A stretch of 64,000 nucleotides of DNA from an uncultured Planctomycetales bacterium. Lineage in GTDB: Bacteria; Omnitrophota; Gorgyraeia; Zapsychrales; Fredricksoniimonadaceae. The stretch spans positions 339,089 through 403,088 of the forward strand of contig CAZNDZ010000002.1 of assembly GCA_964572155.1 (NCBI GenBank). Reading direction: 5' to 3'. Position 1 is the stretch's first letter. Every line of letters begins with the position of its first letter. The translations under genes and the position numbers were made by a program. A model generated the notes under the pieces. The model was not told the origin of the DNA. It saw only the letters and a list, made by a program, of their open reading frames with translations, and did not search any database. Positions 53,014-61,966 of this stretch are shown here, in pieces.

Positions 53014-53481
53014 TCAAATTTTTTGCCACATGACTATTTTAACAGCCCAATCAGATGGATTCTCAACAGTAACATACGCTTCAATTGTCTGACGTGAATC
53101 CCCAACAACACCAACGGATTTTATCCAAATCTTATCTGTAGCACCTTCGATATTTTTTAAAGTCACAACAAATGAGCCCTTTGCTTCATTGGTTGATGGA
53201 ATAAAATCATAGTATGCCTCATGGCCCTGTGTAACAACATTGCCATTGATCGTACCATCATACCAATTGGAATTGCTGCGATAATCTGACCTCAATTCAC
53301 TAATCGCCTTCTCAAAACCAGCTTGAGCTAACGCAGATGCTTGTTCGGTCTTTACTTGACGTGTTGCACTTAATCGATCGTTAACCATCATAGTGACAAA
53401 TGATGCGCTAATCGCAAGCAATGACACAATGACATAAAATGCCATTAAAATCATTGATCCTTGTTGTGTTTGAATTCTCAT
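53014..53481 (-). CDS. Minor pilin / PilX-like (or GspK-like) pseudopilin.
   Basis: 155 aa. N-terminal hydrophobic helix QQGSMILMAFYVIVSLLAISA. Confidence 0.4.
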   Translation of the reverse strand: MRIQTQQGSMILMAFYVIVSLLAISASFVTMMVNDRLSATRQVKTEQASALAQAGFEKAISELRSDYRSNSNWYDGTINGNVVTQGHEAYYDFIPSTNEAKGSFVVTLKNIEGATDKIWIKSVGVVGDSRQTIEAYVTVENPSDWAVKIVMWQKI

Positions 53482-53482
53482 A

Positions 53483-54022
53483 TTAATTATGCATTAAGAT
53501 GATAAAATCTAAACTTCCCTCATACGCTTCATCCGCAGAGCGGCCTGTTTTCTCTCTCGTTGTAACATGCACCTGCACAATATTAGGCGAAGCCACTTCC
53601 CTTCGGACATCAAAGCCTACAATATTCTGTGAGACTGGATTACTTACGCTCCCCTTAGTTCTTATCAATCGATGCCCGTCGGAACCTCCCAATGCGTAAG
53701 ACATTGTATCCCCCCAGACAATGGCACCGTCTACAATGGAGTCTGCCCGTTTAAACGTGATCGTGTGATACCACGTACCATCCGCAGGAACATCTGTTAA
53801 GGTGACGGCTCCGGACTGGTTTAAATCAATTTTCATCCAACTCTCTACTCTACGTAAATTTTCTGCCATGTTAACTCTGGCACTATTTGTCAACCACGAA
53901 TCCCAACCAACATGACACAACATAAACGAGACCCCTAAGACAATGCCGAAAAATGAAAGTGATAGCACCGCTTCAACCATGGTCATCGCTCGAGAGTTCT
54001 TTAGTCCTACACAGGTCGACAT
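53483..54022 (-). CDS. Pseudopilin with a prepilin-type N-terminus.
   Basis: SRAMTMVEAVLSLSFFGIVLGV (degenerate G-F-T-L-I-E). Confidence 0.45.
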   Translation of the reverse strand: MSTCVGLKNSRAMTMVEAVLSLSFFGIVLGVSFMLCHVGWDSWLTNSARVNMAENLRRVESWMKIDLNQSGAVTLTDVPADGTWYHTITFKRADSIVDGAIVWGDTMSYALGGSDGHRLIRTKGSVSNPVSQNIVGFDVRREVASPNIVQVHVTTREKTGRSADEAYEGSLDFIILMHN

Positions 54023-54023
54023 A

Positions 54024-54518
54024 TTATCTCTTTGCTATATACGTTGTTAGCGTAGCTACCGAATCTAATTTATTATTATTGTTTACATCCTCGCCACCTT
54101 CAAGAATACCATCTAAGTTCTGATCTTCTCCTACCACACGATTATTCTTGTTCATATAACTAACGTCGATCGTTATTATTAATAATACAGGGTTTGTCTG
54201 GTCGATCGTCACAACCCCCTTACCTCTTAAATTGATTAAATCAAAAGTATTTCCTATATCTCCGCCTTGGGAATATTTTGTGACAATCTGGTCAAAGTTA
54301 GTATTCTGAATTTCTTGGAGTTTATTGCGTGCTTCAACAATGGCTTTAGATGTATTTGTTGATATATCGCCCAACACAGAGGCCATAATAAACATTTCTT
54401 CAATTCCAACAACAATGACGGCAAGGATACTTACAGCTAAGAGGAGCTCTACAAAAGTAAACCCTGCACCACGTGGGTACAGGGTTTGTACGGATGATTT
54501 GATCCGACGGAAAAGCAT
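54024..54518 (-). CDS. Type IV prepilin-like protein with a long (about 19-aa) leader peptide.
   Basis: MLFRRIKSSVQTLYPRGAG-FTFVELLLAVSILAVIVV. Class III signal with Glu at +5. Confidence 0.6.
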   Translation of the reverse strand: MLFRRIKSSVQTLYPRGAGFTFVELLLAVSILAVIVVGIEEMFIMASVLGDISTNTSKAIVEARNKLQEIQNTNFDQIVTKYSQGGDIGNTFDLINLRGKGVVTIDQTNPVLLIITIDVSYMNKNNRVVGEDQNLDGILEGGEDVNNNNKLDSVATLTTYIAKR

Positions 54519-54522
54519 AAAG

Positions 54523-55110
54523 TTATTTCTTCATTGGGATAGCAGCTAATGTTATTTCAACAACGATGGCCTTGCGTTTCCAATAAAAGAAACTTAATTC
54601 ATATTTTGTATCTTGGTCTGGGCTAAACTCAACCCCTTCCATGACTGAATTCTTATAGTTGTGTGGCGCGCTCATCGACATATCTAAATACCCTAATTTA
54701 CTAATCTCATTCTTAAAACCACCACCCAACATGTTGCAAAACTCACCTGCAGCATCCATCATGGACGCATCATCTTCATCTTCCGATACAGAGAAACCAA
54801 GACTTTTAAATAATTTCCCAGCATTCTCGAAATCAATATATAAAACCAATGCCCCTTTGGCACGTTTATGAGCTTCTAAATCTTGCGGGTTTAAGTAATA
54901 ATTCACAACAGAAACATAAGAAGGCGCATTAAATTTTTCCATCCCCACACAACGCATACGGCCATTGTATTCAATGATATCCACTTCTTTTGTCTGCATT
55001 GGTTCGGTCGCTGTAACACCACTCATCGTGCCTAAAACTTCTTCGGTTACACCCATCATGGTGGTCATCAGGACTTGGGGATCAACACCCTTACCGCTAG
55101 CCATAAACAC
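54523..55110 (-). CDS. CheX/CheC-family (CheY-P phosphatase fold) protein embedded in the pilin operon.
   Basis: A single DAAGEFCNMLGGG site matching the (D/S)xxxExxN(I/M)xxG consensus. 195 aa. Lies 4 nt upstream of the prepilin gene. Confidence 0.45.
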   Translation of the reverse strand: MFMASGKGVDPQVLMTTMMGVTEEVLGTMSGVTATEPMQTKEVDIIEYNGRMRCVGMEKFNAPSYVSVVNYYLNPQDLEAHKRAKGALVLYIDFENAGKLFKSLGFSVSEDEDDASMMDAAGEFCNMLGGGFKNEISKLGYLDMSMSAPHNYKNSVMEGVEFSPDQDTKYELSFFYWKRKAIVVEITLAAIPMKK

Positions 55111-55205
55111 TCCCTATCTTGTTATCTTTAAAACGAATATTTTTACTTTAACCTTAATATTAAATCATAGCTGGCATTCTATGCCTTTTCAACAGCTAGA
55201 TTCTT

Positions 55206-57542
55206 TTATTTTCTTACATACGAAATGATGGCTGCTTTTAATTTATTCATTTCAATTGGCTTTGTTAAAAAATCATTCATGCCAGCACTATAGGCTTTCT
55301 CTTGATCTTCCTTCAAAGCAGCTGCTGTTAAAGCGATAATGGGAATATCTTTGCTAATTTCAGCACGAATAATCCGCGTTGCGTCCACACCACCTAAGAC
55401 GGGCATTTGCATATCCATCAGACATAAATTAAAATTCGTATCATTGCGCAATATATCTACAGCTTCTTGACCATTATTAGCATACACACCTTGACAGCCG
55501 AACATCCCAAAGAATGCTTTGATCAATTGCTGATTGGGCATACTATCATCAACAACGAGCACGCGAACGCCTTTAAGATCCACGTTATTGGCTGCAACTT
55601 TAACTTCGACTTTAGTTTGTGCTTGCCCAGGTGATAATAGAACTGTAAATATAAAATCACTGCCTTTACCCTGTTCTGATTCAACCCAAATCTCACCAGA
55701 CATCATACCGGCTAAATTTTGGCAAATGGTAAGACCCAAACCAGTTCCCCCAAATTTCCTCGTTGTAGAACTATCTTCCTGCGTAAATGGCTCAAAAATA
55801 GCTCTTAGCTTCTCTTTTGCAATGCCAATACCCGTATCTGATACTTTGAAACGCAAACCTTGTTTACCTTCTTTATCTAAAACTTTTTCTCGGTCGATCG
55901 TTAAACGAATGTGCCCCTCTTTGGTAAACTTGGCGGCATTGCTTAAAAGATTAACAATGATCTGTCGAATGCGCGTAGGATCCCCTTTATACCATGCACC
56001 AACCTCTGGCTTAATGTCAAACTGCAACTCAACTGGCTTTCCTGAAACCTTTTCTTTTACAATGTTAAATGTACTTTCAACCAATTCTTTAACATTAAAA
56101 TCAATTGATTCAAGGTGCACATGACCCGCTTCAATCTTAGAAATATCTAGGATATCGTTGATGATCGATAACAACAACTCACCGCTGGTTGTGATGGTTG
56201 TTAAATATTTCTTTTGATCTTCATCTAGGCTAGACTGACGCAAAAGATCTGAGAAACCCAACACAGCATTTAAAGGAGTTCGAATTTCGTGACTCATATT
56301 TGCCAAAAACTGACTCTTCGCTTTACCCGCAATCTCCGCATCATGACGTGCGACTTGCAAATCTTCCATGATATTTAAATTTGCCGCTTGCATTTTTTCA
56401 AGATCTATTGATTTTTGAATGATCTGCTTATTAATGGCTTCAAGCTCTGCTAGACGCTTTTGCTGTTGCGCTAAGATTTCTTTTTCTTTATCTCGCAACG
56501 ACGCATCGCTTTCCTTAATTTTTAGTGCCGACTTCTCCATAGCTTCAAGCAATCGATTGATCGTCAATGCAACAGCAGAAAACTCATCTTGTCCTTTAGC
56601 ATCCAATCTAAAGGTTATAAATTGCTGCTCTTGCTGTTTGGTCAATTGGGCTATCTCTTGACCTAACTGCGTTAATCGCTTAATGAGCAGTTCATTTAAC
56701 ACAATGATCATAACGACAATAAATATTCCTGCGGCAATAAGTAAGAATACACCAATCGTTCTAATTGTTTTCTGTGCTTGCCCATGAATATCCCTCTGTA
56801 AGATGACTTTAAATATAAAAGCCGGATTACCAAAATAATCATTGGTTAATAAATACCCTTCTAGAGTATTATCATCAACAATACTGACATGCATTGGCGA
56901 AGGATTAGATGTTGCAACTTTTTCTATAGATAAAGGAAATTTAACTGTCTTAGAAAGATTTTGAACTTGAGTATCCGTTAGTTTCTTCATAAAAACAAGG
57001 GTCCCATGACTTGGACCCGTGTGGTCGCTGGTTAATATCGGGCGAGCTACAAACACTACAGGTTTGCCTTGGGACATCAACACACCAGAATGGATATCGT
57101 CGAGATCTTTAAACTTTAATAAATCACTCCCTGGAGCAAAGAGTTTCTTTAGATCAGGATCAAATGGCTTTTCTTTGTCTTCATCAACATCATAATGCTT
57201 ACTCCACACCTCTTCATCTTTGTCATTTAAGTACAACATGTAATCAATTCTTAAGTTACTAAAAGAAACATTGCCTAAATTAGAATCAATAAAAGGCTCG
57301 TTTTTATCCACGACAAATTGGTACATATCCGACCATACAGCCCAATCTGCGCTCTTTGAAATCAAGCCAACTTCCATGGCCTTATATGCTTCTTGAACAC
57401 GCAACACATTATCATTAGCCCATTGACGCTCCACATCACCAAAACCTCTGGCAATAAAAGATGACATCAATAAATAAACTCCGGCTAACAAACCGATGAG
57501 CGATACGGTGACGATGATGATGGTGCGTCGTTTTAGTGACAT
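55206..57542 (-). CDS. Hybrid sensor histidine kinase (periplasmic sensor between two TM segments, then HisKA, HATPase_c and REC).
   Basis: 778 aa. MSHEIRTPLN H-box. GGTGLGL G2 box. C-terminal receiver LVVDDSMPN...D...KP. Confidence 0.85.
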   Translation of the reverse strand: MSLKRRTIIIVTVSLIGLLAGVYLLMSSFIARGFGDVERQWANDNVLRVQEAYKAMEVGLISKSADWAVWSDMYQFVVDKNEPFIDSNLGNVSFSNLRIDYMLYLNDKDEEVWSKHYDVDEDKEKPFDPDLKKLFAPGSDLLKFKDLDDIHSGVLMSQGKPVVFVARPILTSDHTGPSHGTLVFMKKLTDTQVQNLSKTVKFPLSIEKVATSNPSPMHVSIVDDNTLEGYLLTNDYFGNPAFIFKVILQRDIHGQAQKTIRTIGVFLLIAAGIFIVVMIIVLNELLIKRLTQLGQEIAQLTKQQEQQFITFRLDAKGQDEFSAVALTINRLLEAMEKSALKIKESDASLRDKEKEILAQQQKRLAELEAINKQIIQKSIDLEKMQAANLNIMEDLQVARHDAEIAGKAKSQFLANMSHEIRTPLNAVLGFSDLLRQSSLDEDQKKYLTTITTSGELLLSIINDILDISKIEAGHVHLESIDFNVKELVESTFNIVKEKVSGKPVELQFDIKPEVGAWYKGDPTRIRQIIVNLLSNAAKFTKEGHIRLTIDREKVLDKEGKQGLRFKVSDTGIGIAKEKLRAIFEPFTQEDSSTTRKFGGTGLGLTICQNLAGMMSGEIWVESEQGKGSDFIFTVLLSPGQAQTKVEVKVAANNVDLKGVRVLVVDDSMPNQQLIKAFFGMFGCQGVYANNGQEAVDILRNDTNFNLCLMDMQMPVLGGVDATRIIRAEISKDIPIIALTAAALKEDQEKAYSAGMNDFLTKPIEMNKLKAAIISYVRK

Positions 57543-57549
57543 ATAAAAA

Positions 57550-59130
57550 TTAAGCCGAACCCTTTTGTTGATTTTGTAAAATTTGTAATTGTTTCTTTAA
57601 TTCACTCATGCGCAACTCTCGGTCAACCATTAAACGATTCATGCGTTCTAACGTTGCCGCTCGTTGACGATCCAATTCTTGCTGCTTCGCAAGTTCAGTA
57701 ATATCACGACAAAAACAGCTGTAAGATCGACGCTCATTTACTTTAAATTCAGAGAACGATGCTTCCATCATAATCTTATGACCATCGTGATGCACCATTT
57801 CTAAGGTTTGGCGTACTCTCTGATTAACGATCGCTGGCAATGATAACCCTTGTTGTTTCTGTATGGGCAATAAATGGCTCACAAAGTTCTTACCCTTTAC
57901 TTCCTCTAATGTTCGTCCTAAGATTTGCTGAGCCTGCTTATTCCATTCTGTAATACGCCCATCCTCATCCATTAAGATAATGATATCCAAAGCGTTATCA
58001 ATCACCGCTCTAAAACGCGCTTCACTTGCTTTTAACTCAATGCGACTAGCTTCAACCTCGTTATTAATATTCAACAATTCTTGATTCTTTTTCTCCAGCG
58101 TCATGGTCATTTGATGTGCCATCTTTTCAGCTTTTTCATTAAGTTGGGTTGAATTATAAAAAACAATGAAGATAAAAAATGTCAACAATATGCAAATACC
58201 TAACCCGACATAAGGGCGCCACGTATAAACAGAAGGTTTTAAACCAGAGAACCTCAACACCCAGGTTTGACCAAATATTTCAAAAGGTTTTTGAGTCACA
58301 AACTTTGATTGCTCGTTGGTGTTAAGATATTTCTGGTTATCATAAATTAAATTCTGTTGGTTCAAATCCTTATCTTCAAAGACTTCCAACTGAATGTTAT
58401 CCAATAACTTAGCCATATTCCGTTCAATAAATTCCTTTACACGGATTGGCATATATACAAACCCAAACAAATGAAGCTTACGATCCTCTAAAGTTTCATG
58501 TATCGTATTATTCACATAAACAGGATAATAAACTAATATCGCACTACTATTCGCATCTTGAACAAGCTTCACACTACGAGTCATTACTTCTTGGTCATTA
58601 GCATATGCTTGCTGCATTGCTACCTGCCTTCTTGTCTCGGAGAACATGTCATAACCAAGGGCTTTTTCATTTAATTCATTTTGTGGTTCTAAATAAATGA
58701 TAGGCGTTTGTTGAGAGTGATTTGACTGAGGCCAAACTTTAAAATTTACCAAACCATCATTTTGAACCAAAGTTTCTAACTCAGGAATCGCTTCAGCGTT
58801 TACCCATCGTGCAAAACCTAGCCCAAGAATACCAGGTTGAGCATTATTTAATATGATTGAGTTACTAAACTGCTTCCATTCATCTCGCTCTACACTCTTA
58901 GATGCCTGAAATAACCCTCGGCCAGCATGCAAGATAATACGAATATCATCGGTACGATTTTTAAAGGTGGCACAAATGACATTGACTTGATTCTCGAAAT
59001 GGTGGGCTGCTTCAATGTCTTCTTGTTCTTTCATCGCATTAAAAACTGAGAAGCTAAAAAAAAGGAGCAAGCATAAAACAACCCACGGGATGATTTTAAG
59101 GAGAAGAGGTCTTGGCGTCGTAGATGTCAT
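57550..59130 (-). CDS. Membrane sensor protein with a periplasmic CHASE domain and a cytoplasmic PAS domain but no transmitter domain.
   Basis: 526 aa. Two TM segments. CHASE-like GLGFARWV...KALGYDMFSETRRQVAMQQA. PAS FRAVIDNALDIIILMDEDGRITEWN. C-terminal coiled coil. Confidence 0.6.
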   Translation of the reverse strand: MTSTTPRPLLLKIIPWVVLCLLLFFSFSVFNAMKEQEDIEAAHHFENQVNVICATFKNRTDDIRIILHAGRGLFQASKSVERDEWKQFSNSIILNNAQPGILGLGFARWVNAEAIPELETLVQNDGLVNFKVWPQSNHSQQTPIIYLEPQNELNEKALGYDMFSETRRQVAMQQAYANDQEVMTRSVKLVQDANSSAILVYYPVYVNNTIHETLEDRKLHLFGFVYMPIRVKEFIERNMAKLLDNIQLEVFEDKDLNQQNLIYDNQKYLNTNEQSKFVTQKPFEIFGQTWVLRFSGLKPSVYTWRPYVGLGICILLTFFIFIVFYNSTQLNEKAEKMAHQMTMTLEKKNQELLNINNEVEASRIELKASEARFRAVIDNALDIIILMDEDGRITEWNKQAQQILGRTLEEVKGKNFVSHLLPIQKQQGLSLPAIVNQRVRQTLEMVHHDGHKIMMEASFSEFKVNERRSYSCFCRDITELAKQQELDRQRAATLERMNRLMVDRELRMSELKKQLQILQNQQKGSA

Positions 59131-59426
59131 GGGATCAAGGCAATGAGTTCATTATAGAGTGAACTAAATTGACTAGAATCTGCAGCTTTTCCTGCTAATT
59201 CAATTTTCTTTCCTACTTCAGAAATCTCTATTAATCTTAAATTTGCTGCAGATCCTTTAATACCGTGGCCTATCTTAGCCACCGCGACGGCGTCATTGGC
59301 TGCAATCGCAGCTTTTAGCGGTTCAATTTTAGTGCGTGTTTCTTCGTAAAATGACTGCACAATTGCATCATATACTTCTTCAGGAATACCACCTAATGCT
59401 TCAAGAATTTCTTTTTTATCCATCAT
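59127..59426 (-). CDS. Hpt (histidine phosphotransfer) domain protein.
   Basis: HGIKGSAANL. Start re-set to ATG 59426 (MMDKKEIL), which has a GGAG RBS. The track ORF extends into the CheY gene. Confidence 0.7.
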   Translation of the reverse strand: MMDKKEILEALGGIPEEVYDAIVQSFYEETRTKIEPLKAAIAANDAVAVAKIGHGIKGSAANLRLIEISEVGKKIELAGKAADSSQFSSLYNELIALIP

Positions 59427-59433
59427 ATCTCCA

Positions 59434-59799
59434 TTACGCAGGCAAAGCTTTCTTAACCGCTGAAATAACACGATCTTCTTCAAACGGTTTTACAATATAA
59501 TCGACCGCGCCAATCTTAATGGCTGACATCAATGAATCACGTTGATCAATGGCGGTCACCATGACCACTTTAGCGCTTTTATCAAATGCTAAAATCTCAC
59601 CCAATGCCTCTATACCATCTTTCTCTGGCATGGTGATATCCATGGTAACAAGATCCGGTTTTAATTGTTTATACTTTTCAACCGCTTGGTTACCATTGCC
59701 AGCTTCACCGACGATCTCATATTCATAATGCTCTAAAATATCCTTGAGCATCAGACGAATGATCGGCGCATCATCGACAATTAAAATTTTCTTAGCCAT
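59434..59799 (-). CDS. cheY: CheY-like single-domain response regulator.
   Basis: 121 aa. ILIVDDAPIIR...DLVTMDITMP...VKP. Confidence 0.8.
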   Translation of the reverse strand: MAKKILIVDDAPIIRLMLKDILEHYEYEIVGEAGNGNQAVEKYKQLKPDLVTMDITMPEKDGIEALGEILAFDKSAKVVMVTAIDQRDSLMSAIKIGAVDYIVKPFEEDRVISAVKKALPA

Positions 59800-59819
59800 A
59801 CGTGCCCCCTTCTTAAAAC

Positions 59820-60464
59820 TTACTTTTCAATCTTGTAATGTTTACGATTATCCAACGCTAATTTCTTTAAATTCTCAGACGTTACCATCATTGCATCTGC
59901 TTGTTTATCGATTGTTTTTAACACTTCCAAGAATTCTGATTTCTGACCCGCTGATAATGTTTGAACCTTATCTTTTAAAACATCCAGTGCGGCCACCATT
60001 ACAGATAGCGGTTGGTTAATGCTATTGGCCATTTCACCGGCAACTTCTAATACTTTGCGGTGTACTTGTGCTGTCTGGGCATCTAAGTGCACGCGGATAC
60101 GACCAACCACCTCATTTTTACTAACCCCCTTATGAATAAAATCATTGGCGCCAGCTTTAAGCAACTTAACTTTTGTTTCTTCCGTCTCATCTGAGGTGAT
60201 GATGATCACGATGACGTGAGATAATTTGCTGTCTTTACGAACTTGCAACAAAAAATCATAGCCATCCATATTAGGCATCAAATAATCACATAAGGCTAAA
60301 TCAAAATCATTCTTTTTCAATGCCGCCAATGCTTCTTGACCATCCGCAGCTGTCTCGACAACAAACCCTGCTTGAGTTAACAAATATTTAAATAAATCTC
60401 TATCTGTTTTTGTATCATCAACAACCAATATCCGATTCAATGATTTTGATTGGGCTGCGCTCAT
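59820..60464 (-). CDS. Response regulator: receiver domain plus a C-terminal helical (DHp/HisKA-like) domain of about 90 aa.
   Basis: ILVVDDTKTDR...DLALCDYLMP...HKG. C-terminal EMANSINQPLSVMVAALDVL resembles an H-box-less dimerisation helix. Confidence 0.6.
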   Translation of the reverse strand: MSAAQSKSLNRILVVDDTKTDRDLFKYLLTQAGFVVETAADGQEALAALKKNDFDLALCDYLMPNMDGYDFLLQVRKDSKLSHVIVIIITSDETEETKVKLLKAGANDFIHKGVSKNEVVGRIRVHLDAQTAQVHRKVLEVAGEMANSINQPLSVMVAALDVLKDKVQTLSAGQKSEFLEVLKTIDKQADAMMVTSENLKKLALDNRKHYKIEK

Positions 60465-60862
60465 ACCATTACCCCCATCCTAGTTAGTCGTGCTTTCCTA
60501 TTTTGAACAGTCAATAAAATATCTTCAAGCACTTGCAATCTAAAAGGCTTAAACAAAAAGTCATAAGCACCCAAAGATAAACATTCCATGGCCATTTCTT
60601 GGCTCGCGTATCCTGACATCATGATCACAGGACTCAAATCTCCGCGATTCTTAACAGATTTTAATAAACTTACACCCGATATATTATCAAGACAAACATC
60701 GACGATCATGGCATCAAAAACATTTTCTTCAATAGCATCTAAAGCTTGTGCCACATTGTATACACCAACGACATGATGCCCACGACGTGACAAATATGAT
60801 TTTAAATACGACACCATATCTTTATTATCATCAACCACTAAAATATTTAGGTCATTGCTCAT
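60461..60862 (-). CDS. Single-domain response regulator (receiver).
   Basis: 133 aa. ILVVDDNKDM...DAMIVDVCL...FKP. Confidence 0.75.
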   Translation of the reverse strand: MSNDLNILVVDDNKDMVSYLKSYLSRRGHHVVGVYNVAQALDAIEENVFDAMIVDVCLDNISGVSLLKSVKNRGDLSPVIMMSGYASQEMAMECLSLGAYDFLFKPFRLQVLEDILLTVQNRKARLTRMGVMV

Positions 60863-61491
60863 GCTTTACCTCCCGCGAATTCCAAGATTTTATATGAACC
60901 CGGCATGGGGATCACAAAAATCCGGCAAGGCAAATTCATTTTGATGACTTCAAATCGGCTTTCCATAATCAGGATCTTATTATCTTCTGACGCCGCATCA
61001 AAAATCAATTCTTGAAATAATGTCGCAGCAAAATCATTGAACACCATCGGTGGCGATGGTTTTAAGCTCATTTGAAAATTATTTGAAAACGTATTGGCTA
61101 CCGCACTGGCTAAGATATTCCCAATTTCTTGAATCGTACTTGAAACGTACATATCAAATTCTTTGGTTGTCCCAGGTGTGCGACGCATGAGCAAATCCGT
61201 TAAGGTGTAAGCACCAGGTGTATCGACATAAAATAAAAACTTAAACGGCGCATCCCCCCACAGATCTACGAAAGATCCAATAACCTCTTCGTTTTCTCGA
61301 CTAAGTTCAGCAGAAATATCGGCCACATCGACCATGGTGATGCGTTTGAGTTCAATGGATGCGCCAGCCTTTAACATCTTAGACAATGATTGAGATGCCT
61401 TGTCAATGCTTTGCTCCGCAACCAACTGGACCGCACGGCTAATGGATTCAGATGACATATTAAAACTCCTGAGTTTCTTGACCGAAAACAC
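60859..61491 (-). CDS. cheC: CheC-like CheY-P phosphatase.
   Basis: Second site SSTIQEIGNILASAVANTFS matches CheC ExGNI...A. Degenerate first site. Adjacent to cheD. The true start may be M12 (61458). Confidence 0.6.
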   Translation of the reverse strand: MFSVKKLRSFNMSSESISRAVQLVAEQSIDKASQSLSKMLKAGASIELKRITMVDVADISAELSRENEEVIGSFVDLWGDAPFKFLFYVDTPGAYTLTDLLMRRTPGTTKEFDMYVSSTIQEIGNILASAVANTFSNNFQMSLKPSPPMVFNDFAATLFQELIFDAASEDNKILIMESRFEVIKMNLPCRIFVIPMPGSYKILEFAGGKA

Positions 61492-61952
61492 GGCACAAGA
61501 CTGATCCGTCTTCTAAGTCAAAATCAATTTGATACCCTTTTTCGCCACCTGTTCTTGCGGCAATGATTGGTATATGTAAATTCTTAAGGACAGCGCGCAC
61601 AGACTCTTCGTTGGTCTTACCAATATTTAATGAGATATTCTTAAGAACACTGGCTCCACCAAAAATCTTTGCAGTCAATTGCCTTGGATCAACATCCATA
61701 CAATTTCTTAATTTCTGAAACTAATTCTTCAAGACCGCTATCAGCATATTTAGCTGCACGAAATGCTGGTTTATCACGATATTCCGACGCATATGGCAAC
61801 ATGCAATGCAACATCCCACCCACTTTAGTGCTTGGATGATACAAACAAACTCCAACGCAAGAGCCCAAATTGGTTCTCACTAAGGCTGGGCCTTTACCAA
61901 TCTTAATGTCTCCAATACCAACCGCTAATAACGGCACTTCAGTCATAAGCAT
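61460..61952 (-). pseudogene. cheD: Chemoreceptor glutamine deamidase CheD, split into two overlapping ORFs (61689..61952 and 61460..61699) by a frameshift.
   Basis: The N-terminal ORF has the CheD catalytic-Cys region GSCVGVCLYHP...GMLHCMLP. The C-terminal ORF has AKIFGGASVL...TGGEKGYQIDFDLEDGSV. The two frames meet at ...TTGTATGGATGTTGATCC... around 61689-61699. Confidence 0.65.
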
Positions 61953-61966
61953 ACGCCTTCTTTCTG

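Noticed and set aside
55111-55205. Hairpin ggcat-tct-atgcc after the hybrid kinase, considered as a terminator.
   Set aside because: It has a short stem and no U-tract on the minus-strand RNA. It is more likely part of the RBS or spacer for the CheX-like gene.
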